Source: an uncultured Solirubrobacteraceae bacterium
GTDB taxonomy: Bacteria; Actinomycetota; Thermoleophilia; Solirubrobacterales; Solirubrobacteraceae
DNA length: 46,863 nt
Direction of reading: 5' to 3'
NCBI GenBank assembly: GCA_964588985.1
Contig: CAZPQW010000012.1
Location: 1-46,863 of the forward strand
The position numbers were made by a program, and so were the translations under genes. Shown piece after piece: positions 11,462-22,020 of this stretch (position 1 is its first letter; each line of letters opens with the position of its first letter). The notes beneath the pieces are model-generated. The model did not search any database, had not been told where the DNA came from, and saw only the letters and a list, made by a program, of their open reading frames with translations.

Positions 11462-11668
11462 ATGAACGAAGCACAGCCAAAACCGGCTCTACGCGGCATC
11501 TGGCTGTCGAATGCGTCGATGACGAGCGTGCGTCTGATCCCGCCCCCTCCTCCGCCTCCGCCTCCTCCGGGCCTGGGGCATCCCGAGACGCTGGGGTGGA
11601 AATGGCCGCGCTTCCGAGTCAGGAGAGCTAAAGGATCGACAGGTAGCGGTCCAGCTCCCACTGCGTGA
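11462..11668 (+). CDS. Small proline-rich peptide (start 11462 or 11519)
   Basis: ATG 1 nt after the upstream TGA. ...MTSVRLIPPPPPPPPPPGLGHPETLGWKWPRFRVRR...; the Pro run mixes CCG/CCC/CCT codons. Confidence 0.5.
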   Translation: MNEAQPKPALRGIWLSNASMTSVRLIPPPPPPPPPPGLGHPETLGWKWPRFRVRRAKGSTGSGPAPTA

Positions 11669-12965
11669 CGTTCACGCGGTAGTCGTCCCACTCCTGGCGC
11701 TTGATCTCGACGTAGCGGTTGAACATGTGCTCGCCGAGCGTGCGCAGCGCCAGCTCTGACTCGGCCGTGATCTCGATCGCCTCGCCGAGGCTCTCCGGCA
11801 GCTGCTCCACGCCGAGGCGCTTGCGTTCCTCGCCCGAGAGGTGGTACAGGTTCTTCTCCATCGGCTCGGGCAGCTCGTAGCCCTTCTCGATGCCCTCCAG
11901 GCCCGCCTGCAGCAGCACCGCGAACGTCAGATAGGGGTTGCACGCCGGGTCCGGGCAGCGAAGCTCCATCCGCGTCGCCATCTCGCGGCCCGGGTGATAC
12001 AGCGGCACGCGCACCAGCGCCGAGCGGTTGCGACGCGACCACGCCACGTACACCGGCGCCTCGAAGCCCGGGACGAGCCGCTTGTAGGAGTTGACCCACT
12101 GGGCGAAGATCGAGCAGATCTCCCTCGAGTGCTTCAGCTGGCCCGCGATGAACGCCTTGCCCACGTCGGAGAGGAAGTACTGGTCGTCGGGGTCGTAGAA
12201 CGCGTTTTTGCCTTCGCTGAACAGCGACTGGTGCGTGTGCATGCCCGAGCCGTTCTCCCCGAACATCGGCTTCGGCATGAACGTCGCGTGCCAGCCGTAC
12301 TTCATCGCGTACTCCTTCACCGTGATGCGGTACGTCATGCAATCGTCGGCCATCTTCATCGCGTCCGCGTAGCGCATGTCGATCTCGTGCTGTGAGGGAC
12401 CCACCTCGTGGTGGGTGTACTCCACGTGGATCCCCAGCTGCTCCAGCGCGAGCACCGTCTCGCGGCGCACGTCAGACCCCGCGTCGAGCGTCGTCAGGTC
12501 GAAGTAGCCACCTTCGTCGAGCACCTCCGTCGAGCGGGAGTCCTTGAACAGGAAGTACTCCAGCTCCGGGCCCACGTTGAACGTGTCGAAGCCCATGTCC
12601 CTCGCGCGCTGCACCGCCCGGCGCAGCACGTGACGCGGATCGCCCTCGTAAGGCGTTTTCTCGGGCGTGATCACGTCGCAGAACATCCGCCCCACGCCCT
12701 GCTCCTCCGGGCGCCACGGCAGCACCGCGAACGTGCTCGGGTCGGGCATCGCGATCATGTCGGACTCCTCGATCGCGTTGAAGCCCGTGATCGAGGACCC
12801 GTCGAAGCCCATGCCCGCCTCGAACGCGTCGTCCAGCTCCGCAGCGTTGATCGAGAACGACTTCAGCTGCCCCAGGATGTCCGTGAACCAGAAACGGATG
12901 AAGCGGATGTCGCGCTCTGCGACGAACGCCTTCACGTCCTCCGCGGTCTTCGGCTGCTCAGTCAT
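11628..12965 (-). CDS. glnA: Glutamine synthetase type I (short GSI-alpha-like)
   Basis: Motifs FDGSSI, GPELEYF, HHEVGPSQHE, ATFMPKP, NGSGMHTHQS, YKRLVPGFEAP and RMELRCPDPACNPY. Confidence 0.93.
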   Translation of the reverse strand: MTEQPKTAEDVKAFVAERDIRFIRFWFTDILGQLKSFSINAAELDDAFEAGMGFDGSSITGFNAIEESDMIAMPDPSTFAVLPWRPEEQGVGRMFCDVITPEKTPYEGDPRHVLRRAVQRARDMGFDTFNVGPELEYFLFKDSRSTEVLDEGGYFDLTTLDAGSDVRRETVLALEQLGIHVEYTHHEVGPSQHEIDMRYADAMKMADDCMTYRITVKEYAMKYGWHATFMPKPMFGENGSGMHTHQSLFSEGKNAFYDPDDQYFLSDVGKAFIAGQLKHSREICSIFAQWVNSYKRLVPGFEAPVYVAWSRRNRSALVRVPLYHPGREMATRMELRCPDPACNPYLTFAVLLQAGLEGIEKGYELPEPMEKNLYHLSGEERKRLGVEQLPESLGEAIEITAESELALRTLGEHMFNRYVEIKRQEWDDYRVNVTQWELDRYLSIL

Positions 12966-13031
12966 CTAGCTCTGACCCTACCGATGCCCCGCGCCAACCG
13001 CTATCGACGGCTGGCCAAACCCGCCGATGGC

Positions 13032-13541
13032 TCAGTGCCCCGCCACCGCGGCTACGAAATTGGCGACCTCTTCGGCTTCCTTGCCCTGGTACAGCAGCGC
13101 CGGCATCTGCCCGAGGCCACGCGCGCGGCCTTCGGAGATCGCGCTCAGCACCAGCGCCTTGCGTCCCGACGCCGTCGCGATGTCCACACCCACTCTCACG
13201 TCCAGGTTCGGTCCGATCCGGCCCACCGACTTGACCGCCGCGAGCGTGTGGCACACCGCGCAGCTGTGCGCGAACAGTTCGCGCCCCTTCTGCTCTTCGC
13301 CGTTCAGGTGCACGCCGCCCACCGCCACGCTCGCCTTGTGCTCGCCGTTGAACGCCAACACGATCGCCGGAACGGCCAGGCCGAAGGCCACCAGCACCAC
13401 GATCCCCAGCGTCACCAGCCGCTGGCCGACCCGCGAGTCGGTGTGCAGCGACTCGCGCGCGCCGCGCGGCCCGCCGCGCATCGCCACGACGAACACGCCG
13501 ACGCCGAGCAGGATCCAGACCGCTAGGAAGATGATGAGCAT
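13032..13541 (-). CDS. Membrane-anchored class I cytochrome c
   Basis: Two N-terminal TM segments, CAVCH heme motif, GPNLD and distal Met in GQMPA. Confidence 0.88.
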   Translation of the reverse strand: MLIIFLAVWILLGVGVFVVAMRGGPRGARESLHTDSRVGQRLVTLGIVVLVAFGLAVPAIVLAFNGEHKASVAVGGVHLNGEEQKGRELFAHSCAVCHTLAAVKSVGRIGPNLDVRVGVDIATASGRKALVLSAISEGRARGLGQMPALLYQGKEAEEVANFVAAVAGH

Positions 13542-13669
13542 GCGCGCGGGAAGATATCGGGTGGCGAGGAAGAACGGTCCGATGAGAGCCCTCCCACCTT
13601 TAGGAGCGCGCAAGCTACGCCGCTAACCTGTGTGGTGGTTCAGGCAAATTCGAAGGAAGTGCTCCAGCC

Positions 13670-14788
13670 ATGAACGTCTTGCGTCGCCTGCCTCTCAACC
13701 GCCTCCTGGCGCTCTGCGCGCTCGTGGTCGTGCTCGGCATCTCCGTCACGGCGCTCGCCTCCGCGCTCGGCTCCGGGCCCGTACCGCCGGCCAAGCCGCT
13801 CGCGCAGGCCGTCCACGACGCGCTCAGCGGGCCGGGCGGAGAACAGATCCAGGGCGTCAGCGCCCGCATCGAGCTGACCAACCACCTGCTCGAAGGCGCC
13901 AACCTCGCGGGCGGCGGCGGCTCCGCCACCGGCGAACTCGCCTCCAGCCCGCTGCTCGCGGGCGGCTCCGGCCGGCTGTGGATCGCCAAGGACGGCAAGG
14001 TGCGCATCGAGCTGCAGGCCGAAAAAGGCGACACCGAGATCATCTACGACGGACACACGCTGTCGCTCTACGACGCCGCAAACAACACCCTCTACCGCTA
14101 CACGCCTCCAGCGCAGACGCACAGCGCACCCGACACGCCCTCGACATCCGCGCACGAAGCTCCGTCGGTCGCGAAGATCGAAGAAGCGATCTCCCACCTG
14201 CAGCAGCACGCGAACGTCTCCGCGGCCACACCGGGGAACGTCGCCGGCCAGCCCGCCTACACGGTGCGCGTCTCGCCCAAGGAAGGGGGCAGCCTGCTCG
14301 GCGGCGCCGAGCTGTCCTTCGACGCCAACACCGGCGCGCCGCTGCGAGCCGCGATCTACTCGTCCACCAGCTCCGCCCCCGTGATCGAACTCGCCGCCAC
14401 CGAACTCAGCTACGGCCCCGTGTCCGACTCCGTCTTCGCGTTCACCCCGCCCACGAGCGCCAAGGTCGAAGAAATCAGCTCCTCGAGCTTCCAGCACCAC
14501 GCGAGCGCCCCGAAGGGCTCGAAGAGCACTCAACAGAAGCCCACCGTGACCACGCACGGGCACGGATTGTCTTCGATCGCGGTCCTCGAAGAGAAGACCT
14601 CGACGGGCACCGGCAAGGAAGAAAACCCGGTCGCGGGCCTGCCGCAGGTGAGCATCAACGGAGCGAACGCCAGCGAGCTGCGCACAGCCCTCGGCACGAT
14701 CCTGAGCTTCGAGCGCGGCGGCGTGCGCTACGTGCTCGCAGGCTCCGTCGCACCCGGCGCGATCGAGGAACTTGCCCGAGGCCTCTGA
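13670..14788 (+). CDS. LolA/DUF2092-like extracytoplasmic carrier-fold protein
   Basis: N-terminal anchor. Beta-rich segments GRLWIAKDGKVRIELQ, IIYDGHTLSLYD, VAGQPAYTVRVSP and VFAFTPP are typical of the LolA/RseB fold. Confidence 0.7.
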   Translation: MNVLRRLPLNRLLALCALVVVLGISVTALASALGSGPVPPAKPLAQAVHDALSGPGGEQIQGVSARIELTNHLLEGANLAGGGGSATGELASSPLLAGGSGRLWIAKDGKVRIELQAEKGDTEIIYDGHTLSLYDAANNTLYRYTPPAQTHSAPDTPSTSAHEAPSVAKIEEAISHLQQHANVSAATPGNVAGQPAYTVRVSPKEGGSLLGGAELSFDANTGAPLRAAIYSSTSSAPVIELAATELSYGPVSDSVFAFTPPTSAKVEEISSSSFQHHASAPKGSKSTQQKPTVTTHGHGLSSIAVLEEKTSTGTGKEENPVAGLPQVSINGANASELRTALGTILSFERGGVRYVLAGSVAPGAIEELARGL

Positions 14789-14789
14789 C

Positions 14790-15721
<932 letters not shown>

Positions 15722-15725
<4 letters not shown>

Positions 15726-16546
15726 AGCCCTCCACGCTCGTCGTGCTGCGCTGGGAGCTGCGCAAGCTCGTATCGCAGAAGCGCACCTACCTCGGCTTCG
15801 CGCTCGCCGTCGCGCTGCCCGTGATCTTCGTGATCGTCGAGGGCCTGCGCCACCGCCACGATCGCGGCGGCGACAGCATCTTCGCCTCCGAGATCACCCA
15901 GTCCGGGCTCGCCACACCGGTGCTGATGCTGCTGTTCCTCTCGGCCTTCATGCTGCCATTGATCGCCTCGCTCGTAGCCGGCGACATCGTCGCCAACGAG
16001 GACGGCAACGGCACGCTCAAGACGATCCTCACGCGCTCCGTCGACCGCGGGCAGGTGTTCGCCGCCAAGGCCATCGCCGCGATGATCTACGCCACCATCG
16101 CCGTGTTCCTCTCGGCCGCCGTCGCCACAGCCGCGGGGGTCGCCTCGTGGGGCTTTCACTCCATCCGCACCCTCTCCGGCACCGTCGTCCTCGCCCCCAA
16201 GGGGCTGCTGCTGGTGTTCGCAGCCAACCTCACCTATCTCATCCCGCTGCTCACCGTCGTCGCCATCGGCGTGCTGCTGTCCACCGCCACGCGCAACAGC
16301 GCCGCAGCGGTCGTCGGCACGATCGGCCTCGTGATCATGCTGTACATCGTCTCCACCATCCCGGGCCTCGAAGGCATCCACCCGTACCTGCTCACCCAGC
16401 AGTTCCAGGCCTGGCAGGGCCTCATGCGCACACCCACCGACTGGGCGCCGATCACGCACTCCGCGTGGGTCTGCGCGCTGTACGCGGGCCCTTCGCTGCT
16501 CGCCGCCTACCTCGTCTTCCTGCGTCGCGACGTCGCCGGGGGCTGA
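15722..16546 (+). CDS. ABC-2-type permease
   Basis: About 6 TM segments, motif EDGNGTLKTILTRSVDRGQVFAAK, C-terminal FLRRDV; GTGA overlap with the ATPase gene. Confidence 0.9.
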
Positions 16547-16570
16547 CCCGGCCCCAACCCGGTGGTCAGG

Positions 16571-17161
16571 TCAGGAGGACCTGTAGCTCGCGATCGTCAG
16601 GCCCGTCGAGATCGTCGAGGCTTTGAGCCTCGGGCGGATCGCAATCGGGTCGAAGTTCGGCTTCAGGTGCAGGGGGCTCCGCAGCGCGTACATCAGGAAC
16701 GCGATTTTGTCCCGCTCGCCCTTGGTCGTTCCGCACACCCCGCCCCACGGGGGCTTGCCAATCTGGTTTTCGCCCAGTACGGCACCCTTGGGGATCGTCC
16801 CCGCGGCGATTTGAGCGTTCGTCGCCGGGATCCCACCCACCGCCCACAGGACCTTGTTGTGCCCGCTCTTGGTCACGTCGAGCGCCACGATGAACAGCTC
16901 CTTCGCTTCCGCCGGGAGCTTCTTCCATTCGAGCGGCGGCGAGATGTTCGCCCCCGCGCACGTGTACGCCGCCGGTAGCGGGTGCCCGTTCTTGAACGCC
17001 GGACTCGTCAGCGAGATTTCGCCGAACTGGTTCGGGTTCGTCGCGGTGGTCGCCGTCGTAGCGGCAGACTTGGTCGGCGTCGAGCTCGAGCCGCAGCCGG
17101 CGGCGCTCGCCGCCAGGACCGTGGCCGCACAGCCCAAAGCGGCAAGATTCCACACCCTCAC
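16571..17161 (-). CDS. YbhB/YbcL (PEBP/RKIP-like) lipoprotein
   Basis: Lipobox-like AAGC; LTSPAFKNGHPLPAAYTCAGANISPPLEW; final strand FLMYAL. Confidence 0.82.
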   Translation of the reverse strand: MRVWNLAALGCAATVLAASAAGCGSSSTPTKSAATTATTATNPNQFGEISLTSPAFKNGHPLPAAYTCAGANISPPLEWKKLPAEAKELFIVALDVTKSGHNKVLWAVGGIPATNAQIAAGTIPKGAVLGENQIGKPPWGGVCGTTKGERDKIAFLMYALRSPLHLKPNFDPIAIRPRLKASTISTGLTIASYRSS

Positions 17162-17166
17162 GCTGT

Positions 17167-18126
17167 TCAGGTTACCTCAGCGGGCAGATCGACGACCGAC
17201 AGCTCCACGTCGCCCATCAGCCGTCGGGCCTCGCGCGCATCGATCATGCCGGCCCCCAGACGCGCGGTCGACTCCGCTCCGCACGCCACCGCGAAGCGCA
17301 GGCACTGGTCCGAGGCGCGGCCTTCGTAGCGCGCCGCCACATAGCCCGCGAGAAACGCATCGCCGGAGCCGCGTTTGGCGATCGGCTCGCGCGGTTCGAT
17401 CCGCGCGCGCTTCACGCGCCGCTGCCCGTCCACGAGCACGTGCGCCACGCAGCCGTCCGCCAGCGTCATGATCGCTTCGCGCGGCCCGAGCGCCACGATC
17501 TCGCTCACCGCCGCCAGCCGCTCGTCCTCGCTCGAGAACTCGTGGCCGACCAGCTCCTCCGCCTCGAGCACGTTCGGCGACACCACGTCCGGCTCCGCGC
17601 GCACCGCCTGGCGCAGAGGCTCTCCGTCGGTGTCGACCATCGTGATCACGTCCAGGCGCTCCAGATCCCTGATCAGCGACCCGTACAGGTCCGGGTCGAC
17701 TCCGCGCGGCAGCGACCCGGCGAACACCACGATCGCCGCTCCCTTCGCCAGATACGTGAGCTTTTCGCGAAACAGCTCCACCTCGCGCTCTGACACCGCG
17801 GGGCCGCGTTCGTTGATCTCCGTCTGCTCGCCCGTCGTCGGGTCGAGCACCGACGTGTTCGTACGCGACTCCTCGCCGATGCGCACGAAGTCGTTCAGGA
17901 TCGACTCCTCCGTCAACTGCTCCACGATGTGCGTGCCCGTCGCGCCGCCCGTGAAGCCCGTCGCGATAACCGGCTGGTCGAGCGCCTTCAGGGTGCGGGC
18001 GATGTTCACGCCCTTGCCTCCCGCCATCGTGCGCTGTTCGACCGTGCGGTGGCGTCGTCCGAGCCTGAAGTTCGGCACCACCAGCGACTTGTCGATCGCC
18101 GCGTTGAGCGTGACCGTGATGATCAT
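17167..18126 (-). CDS. 1-phosphofructokinase-family hexose kinase (PfkB)
   Basis: Motifs MIITVTLNAAID, AGGKGVNIAR, AGSLPRG and GSGDAFLAG. Confidence 0.92.
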   Translation of the reverse strand: MIITVTLNAAIDKSLVVPNFRLGRRHRTVEQRTMAGGKGVNIARTLKALDQPVIATGFTGGATGTHIVEQLTEESILNDFVRIGEESRTNTSVLDPTTGEQTEINERGPAVSEREVELFREKLTYLAKGAAIVVFAGSLPRGVDPDLYGSLIRDLERLDVITMVDTDGEPLRQAVRAEPDVVSPNVLEAEELVGHEFSSEDERLAAVSEIVALGPREAIMTLADGCVAHVLVDGQRRVKRARIEPREPIAKRGSGDAFLAGYVAARYEGRASDQCLRFAVACGAESTARLGAGMIDAREARRLMGDVELSVVDLPAEVT

Positions 18127-18135
18127 CGTGGCTCT

Positions 18136-18161
18136 GTACCCGCCTTCCGGCGCGCCTGAAC
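18136..18161 (-). promoter_or_regulatory. Possible SigB/SigF-type promoter for pfkB
   Basis: GTTC-N16-GGGTAC ending 9 nt before the ATG; resembles the GTTT-N15-17-GGGTA consensus. Confidence 0.4.
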
Positions 18162-18227
18162 GGCAAACGATGCCCTGGCGTGCACGTCGTACAGGCTAGC
18201 GGACTCGTGTGCGGCCGTTTGCAGCGA

Positions 18228-19169
18228 TCAGCCTGCGGTGAGCGCCCGCTCTGAGAGCGTCCACGCCGCCTCACGCAGCCGTTCGGCCTCCTCGCGCGCG
18301 GCCGCCGCAGGCTCGCCGCCCGCCGCCCGGTGGGCGTTCGCGATGCTCCGCGACGCGCTCACCAGCCCGCCCGCGCGCCCCGGCGCGAACGCCGGCGCGA
18401 GGTCCTCCACACGCCCGCCCTGCGCACCAATGCCAGGAAGCAGGAAGGACGCGTTCGGCATCAGCTCGCGGGCGCGCGCCAGGTGACGCGGCTCGGTCGC
18501 GCCCACCACCGCCCCCACGTCGCTCAGGCCGCCCTCTCCCACCCCCGGGCGCCCGTGCTCCTCGACCAGCGCCGCGATCCGCTCCCACACCGTCTGCGAG
18601 CTCTCCAGCCGCAAATCCTCGACATCCGCCGCGCCCGGGTTGGAGGTGCGCACGAGCACCATCACCCCCGCCCCGTTCGCACGAGCCGTCAGCACGAACG
18701 GCGCGATCGCGTCAGAGCCCATCAGCGGGTTGACCGTCGCCACGTCCGCGCCCAGCCCGTCCACGTGCCCGAACGGCGTGTCCACGCCGCCGAACAGCGA
18801 ATCCGCATAGGCCTGCGCGGTCACGTCGATGTCGCCGCGCTTGCCGTCCGCGATCACAAGCAGGCCGGCCTCGCGCGCATGGGCCACCACCGCGCCGAGC
18901 GCCGCCCTGCCCGCCTCGCCGAACAGCTCGAAACGCGCCAACTGCGGCTTCACCGCCACGCACGCCTGCGCCGTCGCGTCGATCAGCGCGCAGCAGTGCG
19001 CGCGCACCGCCACAGCCGCGGCCTGCGCCGGCGTGACCCCAGCATCATGCCCTCCGACCGCGTCCGGCCACAGCGCGGCCGGATCCGGGTCGAGGCCGAG
19101 CACCAGCTGCGACTCGCGCTGCGCGACCCGCGCCACGAGGGTGTCGCCAAAGGAGCCCGGCGGCGTCAG
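18228..19169 (-). CDS. pyrF: Orotidine-5'-phosphate decarboxylase (start CTG 19169 or GTG 19136)
   Basis: Motifs LVLGLDP, VKPQ, DGKRGDI, RTSNPG, VVGAT, LLPGIGAQGG and SASRSI. Confidence 0.93.
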   Translation of the reverse strand: MTPPGSFGDTLVARVAQRESQLVLGLDPDPAALWPDAVGGHDAGVTPAQAAAVAVRAHCCALIDATAQACVAVKPQLARFELFGEAGRAALGAVVAHAREAGLLVIADGKRGDIDVTAQAYADSLFGGVDTPFGHVDGLGADVATVNPLMGSDAIAPFVLTARANGAGVMVLVRTSNPGAADVEDLRLESSQTVWERIAALVEEHGRPGVGEGGLSDVGAVVGATEPRHLARARELMPNASFLLPGIGAQGGRVEDLAPAFAPGRAGGLVSASRSIANAHRAAGGEPAAAAREEAERLREAAWTLSERALTAG

Positions 19170-19444
19170 CGACCCTTCACCGCGCTCTTCAAGCCGCTGC
19201 CCGCCGTGAAGCGCGGGACGCGCGACGCCGCGATCTGGATGCGCTCACCCGTGCGCGGGTTGACCCCCGCGCGCGCACCGCGCTCGCTGACGTGGAACTT
19301 GCCGAACCCCGACACCGTCACCTCGCTGCCACGGCGCAGTGCGTCCTCGACCGTCGCGAGCACCGCGTCAACCGCCCGCGATGCATCCTGCCTGGTCAGC
19401 TCGGCGCGATCCGCAACCTGTTCGACCAGCTCGGACTTCGTCAC
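19166..19444 (-). CDS. hup: DNA-binding protein HU
   Basis: Motifs MTKSELVEQVA, GFGKF, GVNPRTGERIQI and PRFTAGSGLK; GAGGAG RBS. Confidence 0.96.
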   Translation of the reverse strand: MTKSELVEQVADRAELTRQDASRAVDAVLATVEDALRRGSEVTVSGFGKFHVSERGARAGVNPRTGERIQIAASRVPRFTAGSGLKSAVKGR

Positions 19445-19521
19445 TTCGCCCTCCTCGTTCGTGAGACGTTACATCGAAGCTAACACCGCCAGCGGACGGG
19501 CGCATCCGCAACAATGCCCCC

Positions 19522-19662
19522 ATGGCCATCCAGCGCATAGCGTGGATCGTAACGGTGCTCGTCGCGCTGCTCACCGCCCTGCTGCTGCTCATATCCGGCT
19601 ACAACGGCTACGCGGCGCTCGGTCTCGCCGTCGCCATCGCCGCCGCCATCAACCTGCTCTAA
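19522..19662 (+). CDS. 46-aa two-TM small membrane protein (missed by the ORF track)
   Basis: [51 protein letters not shown]-biased third positions, AACAAT 6 nt upstream, and it fills the hup-rdgB gap. Confidence 0.78.
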   Translation: MAIQRIAWIVTVLVALLTALLLLISGYNGYAALGLAVAIAAAINLL

Positions 19663-20249
19663 GCGTCCAGCCAGTCCACCAGCGCCCGCGCGGCGCGTCC
19701 GCGGTGGCTGATCGCATCCTTCTGCGCGTCCGTCAGCTCCGCCATCGTCCGCCCGCTGGGCCCGTCGCCCCCTGACGGATCCTCGTCCGGCACGAACGCC
19801 GGGTCGTAGCCGAAGCCGCCCTCACCGCTCGGCTCGGCCGCCAGCGTTCCCGCGCAACGGCCCTCGAACAGCCGCTCCGTGCCGCTCTCCGGCTCCACGT
19901 AAGCGATCGCGCACACGTACTCCAGCGCCCCGCCCGTCGGCACCTCGCGCAGCAGCTTCGCGAGGTTCTCCCCGTCGGTCGCGTGCTCGCCCGCGTAGCG
20001 CGCCGAACGCACCCCCGGCGCGCCGCCGAGCGCCGCCGCGGCGATCCCGGAGTCGTCGGCGATGCTCACACGACCGGTCGCCTCGGCCGCCGCGCGGGCC
20101 TTGCCGAGAGCGTTCTCCGCGAACGTCTCGCCGTCCTCGGGCGGCAGTTCCACGCCCTCCGGCAGCGTCTGCACCTCAAAGCGACCCGCCAGCAGCCGCT
20201 CGAACTCGCGCCGCTTGTGCTCGTTGTGCGTCGCCAGCAGCAGCTTCAC
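19659..20249 (-). CDS. rdgB: Non-canonical purine NTP pyrophosphatase (RdgB/HAM1)
   Basis: Motifs [26 protein letters not shown] and [10 protein letters not shown]. Confidence 0.96.
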   Translation of the reverse strand: MKLLLATHNEHKRREFERLLAGRFEVQTLPEGVELPPEDGETFAENALGKARAAAEATGRVSIADDSGIAAAALGGAPGVRSARYAGEHATDGENLAKLLREVPTGGALEYVCAIAYVEPESGTERLFEGRCAGTLAAEPSGEGGFGYDPAFVPDEDPSGGDGPSGRTMAELTDAQKDAISHRGRAARALVDWLDA

Positions 20250-20992
20250 AGAGCCGCTAGTCCCCGCTCGATCGCCGCGTCCTGCGCCTCGCGCAGCTGC
20301 TCGATGCCGCTCGCCGCGAGCGCCAGCAGCTCATCCAGGTGCGCCCGCGACAACGGCGTGCGCTCGGCCGTCGCCTGCACCTCCACCAGGCCGCCCTCGC
20401 CCGTCATCACCACGTTCGCGTCGACCTCCGCCGTCGAGTCCTCCGGGTAGTCGAGGTCGAGCAGCGCCGCGCCGTCGATCATCCCGCACGACACCGCCGC
20501 CACCGAGCCCGTAAGCGGCGAGCGCTCCAGCTTCCCCGCCGCCTGCAGCCGCGCGCACGCCAGCGACAGCGCCACGTACGCCCCCGTGATCGACGCGCAG
20601 CGCGTGCCGCCGTCGGCCTGCAGCACGTCGCAGTCGAGGTAGATCGTCCGTTCGCCCAGCGCCGAGAAGTCGATCACGCCGCGCAGCGAGCGCCCGATCA
20701 GGCGCTGGATCTCCACCGTGCGCCCGTCCTGGCGCCCCTTCGTCGCGTCGCGCTGCTTGCGGTCCCCAGTCGACGCGGGCAGCATCCCGTACTCCGCCGT
20801 CACCCAACCCTTGCCGCGTCCGGACATCCACCGCGGCACGTTCTCCTGCGCCGACGCCGTGCAGATCACACGCGTCTCGCCCACCGAGATCAGCGCCGAG
20901 CCGGTCGCCGTACGCATGAACCCCGGGTCGATCTCCGTCGGTCGCAGCTCGTCCGGCCCACGGCCGTAGCTGCGTTTGCGTGTCTCGCTCAT
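20246..20992 (-). CDS. rph: Ribonuclease PH
   Basis: Motifs [40 protein letters not shown] and EVQATAE. Alternative ATGs at 21001/21004. Confidence 0.96.
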   Translation of the reverse strand: MSETRKRSYGRGPDELRPTEIDPGFMRTATGSALISVGETRVICTASAQENVPRWMSGRGKGWVTAEYGMLPASTGDRKQRDATKGRQDGRTVEIQRLIGRSLRGVIDFSALGERTIYLDCDVLQADGGTRCASITGAYVALSLACARLQAAGKLERSPLTGSVAAVSCGMIDGAALLDLDYPEDSTAEVDANVVMTGEGGLVEVQATAERTPLSRAHLDELLALAASGIEQLREAQDAAIERGLAAL

Positions 20993-21027
20993 GCGGGCCA
21001 TCATTCCAGAGCGCTACCGTCGGGGCC

Positions 21028-21996
21028 GTGCGCGCGCTCGTCGTATCCAACATGAAGCCCGACGAGGCCAGCCCGGAGCTGGGGCGCTTCGTCCGCGACC
21101 AGGTCGCAGCGCTGCAGCGTCTGGACGACGTCGAGGTCGAGCTGTTCGAGTTCCCACCCGGCCCGCGTGCGCTCGCGCAGGCCGCCGTCGACCTGCGCCG
21201 CCTGCACGGCGGACCGTCCACGTTCTCGCGCCGGCCCGCCGCCCCGCCCTGGGACGTCGTCCACGCCCACTTCGGGCTCTCCGCGTGGCCCGCCCTCGCC
21301 GTTCCCGCGCGCGTTCGCGCGCTCACCGTCCACGGCCGCGACGTCTATCACCCGCGCACGCGCCTCGCCACCGGCGCCGTACTGCCGTTCGTCGACCTGC
21401 TCGCCGCCGTCTCCGCCACGCTCGCCCAGCACCTGCCCGGCCGAGCCGCACGCCGGCGCGCGGTCGTTCTGCCGTGCGGCATCGACCTCCAGCGCTTCCA
21501 CCCGATCGAGCGCGCTCACGCGCGCGCCGAGCTGGGGCTCGACCCCGAGCGCCCCTACCTGCTGTTCGTCTCCCACCCCTCACGCGCCGACAAGCGCCAC
21601 GACCTCGCGCTCGCGCTCGCGCAGCACGTCGGCGTCGAGCTGCTCACGCTCGGACACACCGACCCCGCCCTCGTGCCGCTGTGGATCAACGCCTCCAACG
21701 CAGTGCTCGTCCCCTCCGATCGCGAGGGGTTCGGCCTCGCCGCGCTCGAGGCGCTCGCCTGCGACGTGCCCGTGCTCGCCACGCCCGTCGGCATCGCCCC
21801 CGAGGCGCTCCAGGGCGTTCACGGCGCGCTCTGCGCGCCGTTCGACCTCGCCGTCTGGGCCGCCGCCCTGCAGCCGCATCTGCACGCGTCGGACCCCCGC
21901 GTCGACGGCCGGGACGCCGTCGAGCGCTTCTCCGCCGACGCCATGGCCGAGCGCGTACGCGACGCCTGGCGCGACGCGCTGGAGCGAGCCGGGTAA
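21028..21996 (+). CDS. Glycosyltransferase family 4 (GT-B)
   Basis: Motifs DVVHAHF, TVHGRD and EGFGLAALEALAC (E-x7-E). GTG 21028 lies 7 nt after TACCGT. Confidence 0.88.
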   Translation: MRALVVSNMKPDEASPELGRFVRDQVAALQRLDDVEVELFEFPPGPRALAQAAVDLRRLHGGPSTFSRRPAAPPWDVVHAHFGLSAWPALAVPARVRALTVHGRDVYHPRTRLATGAVLPFVDLLAAVSATLAQHLPGRAARRRAVVLPCGIDLQRFHPIERAHARAELGLDPERPYLLFVSHPSRADKRHDLALALAQHVGVELLTLGHTDPALVPLWINASNAVLVPSDREGFGLAALEALACDVPVLATPVGIAPEALQGVHGALCAPFDLAVWAAALQPHLHASDPRVDGRDAVERFSADAMAERVRDAWRDALERAG

Positions 21997-22020
21997 CTGT
22001 CGGGGTAGCATGGATCGGCC

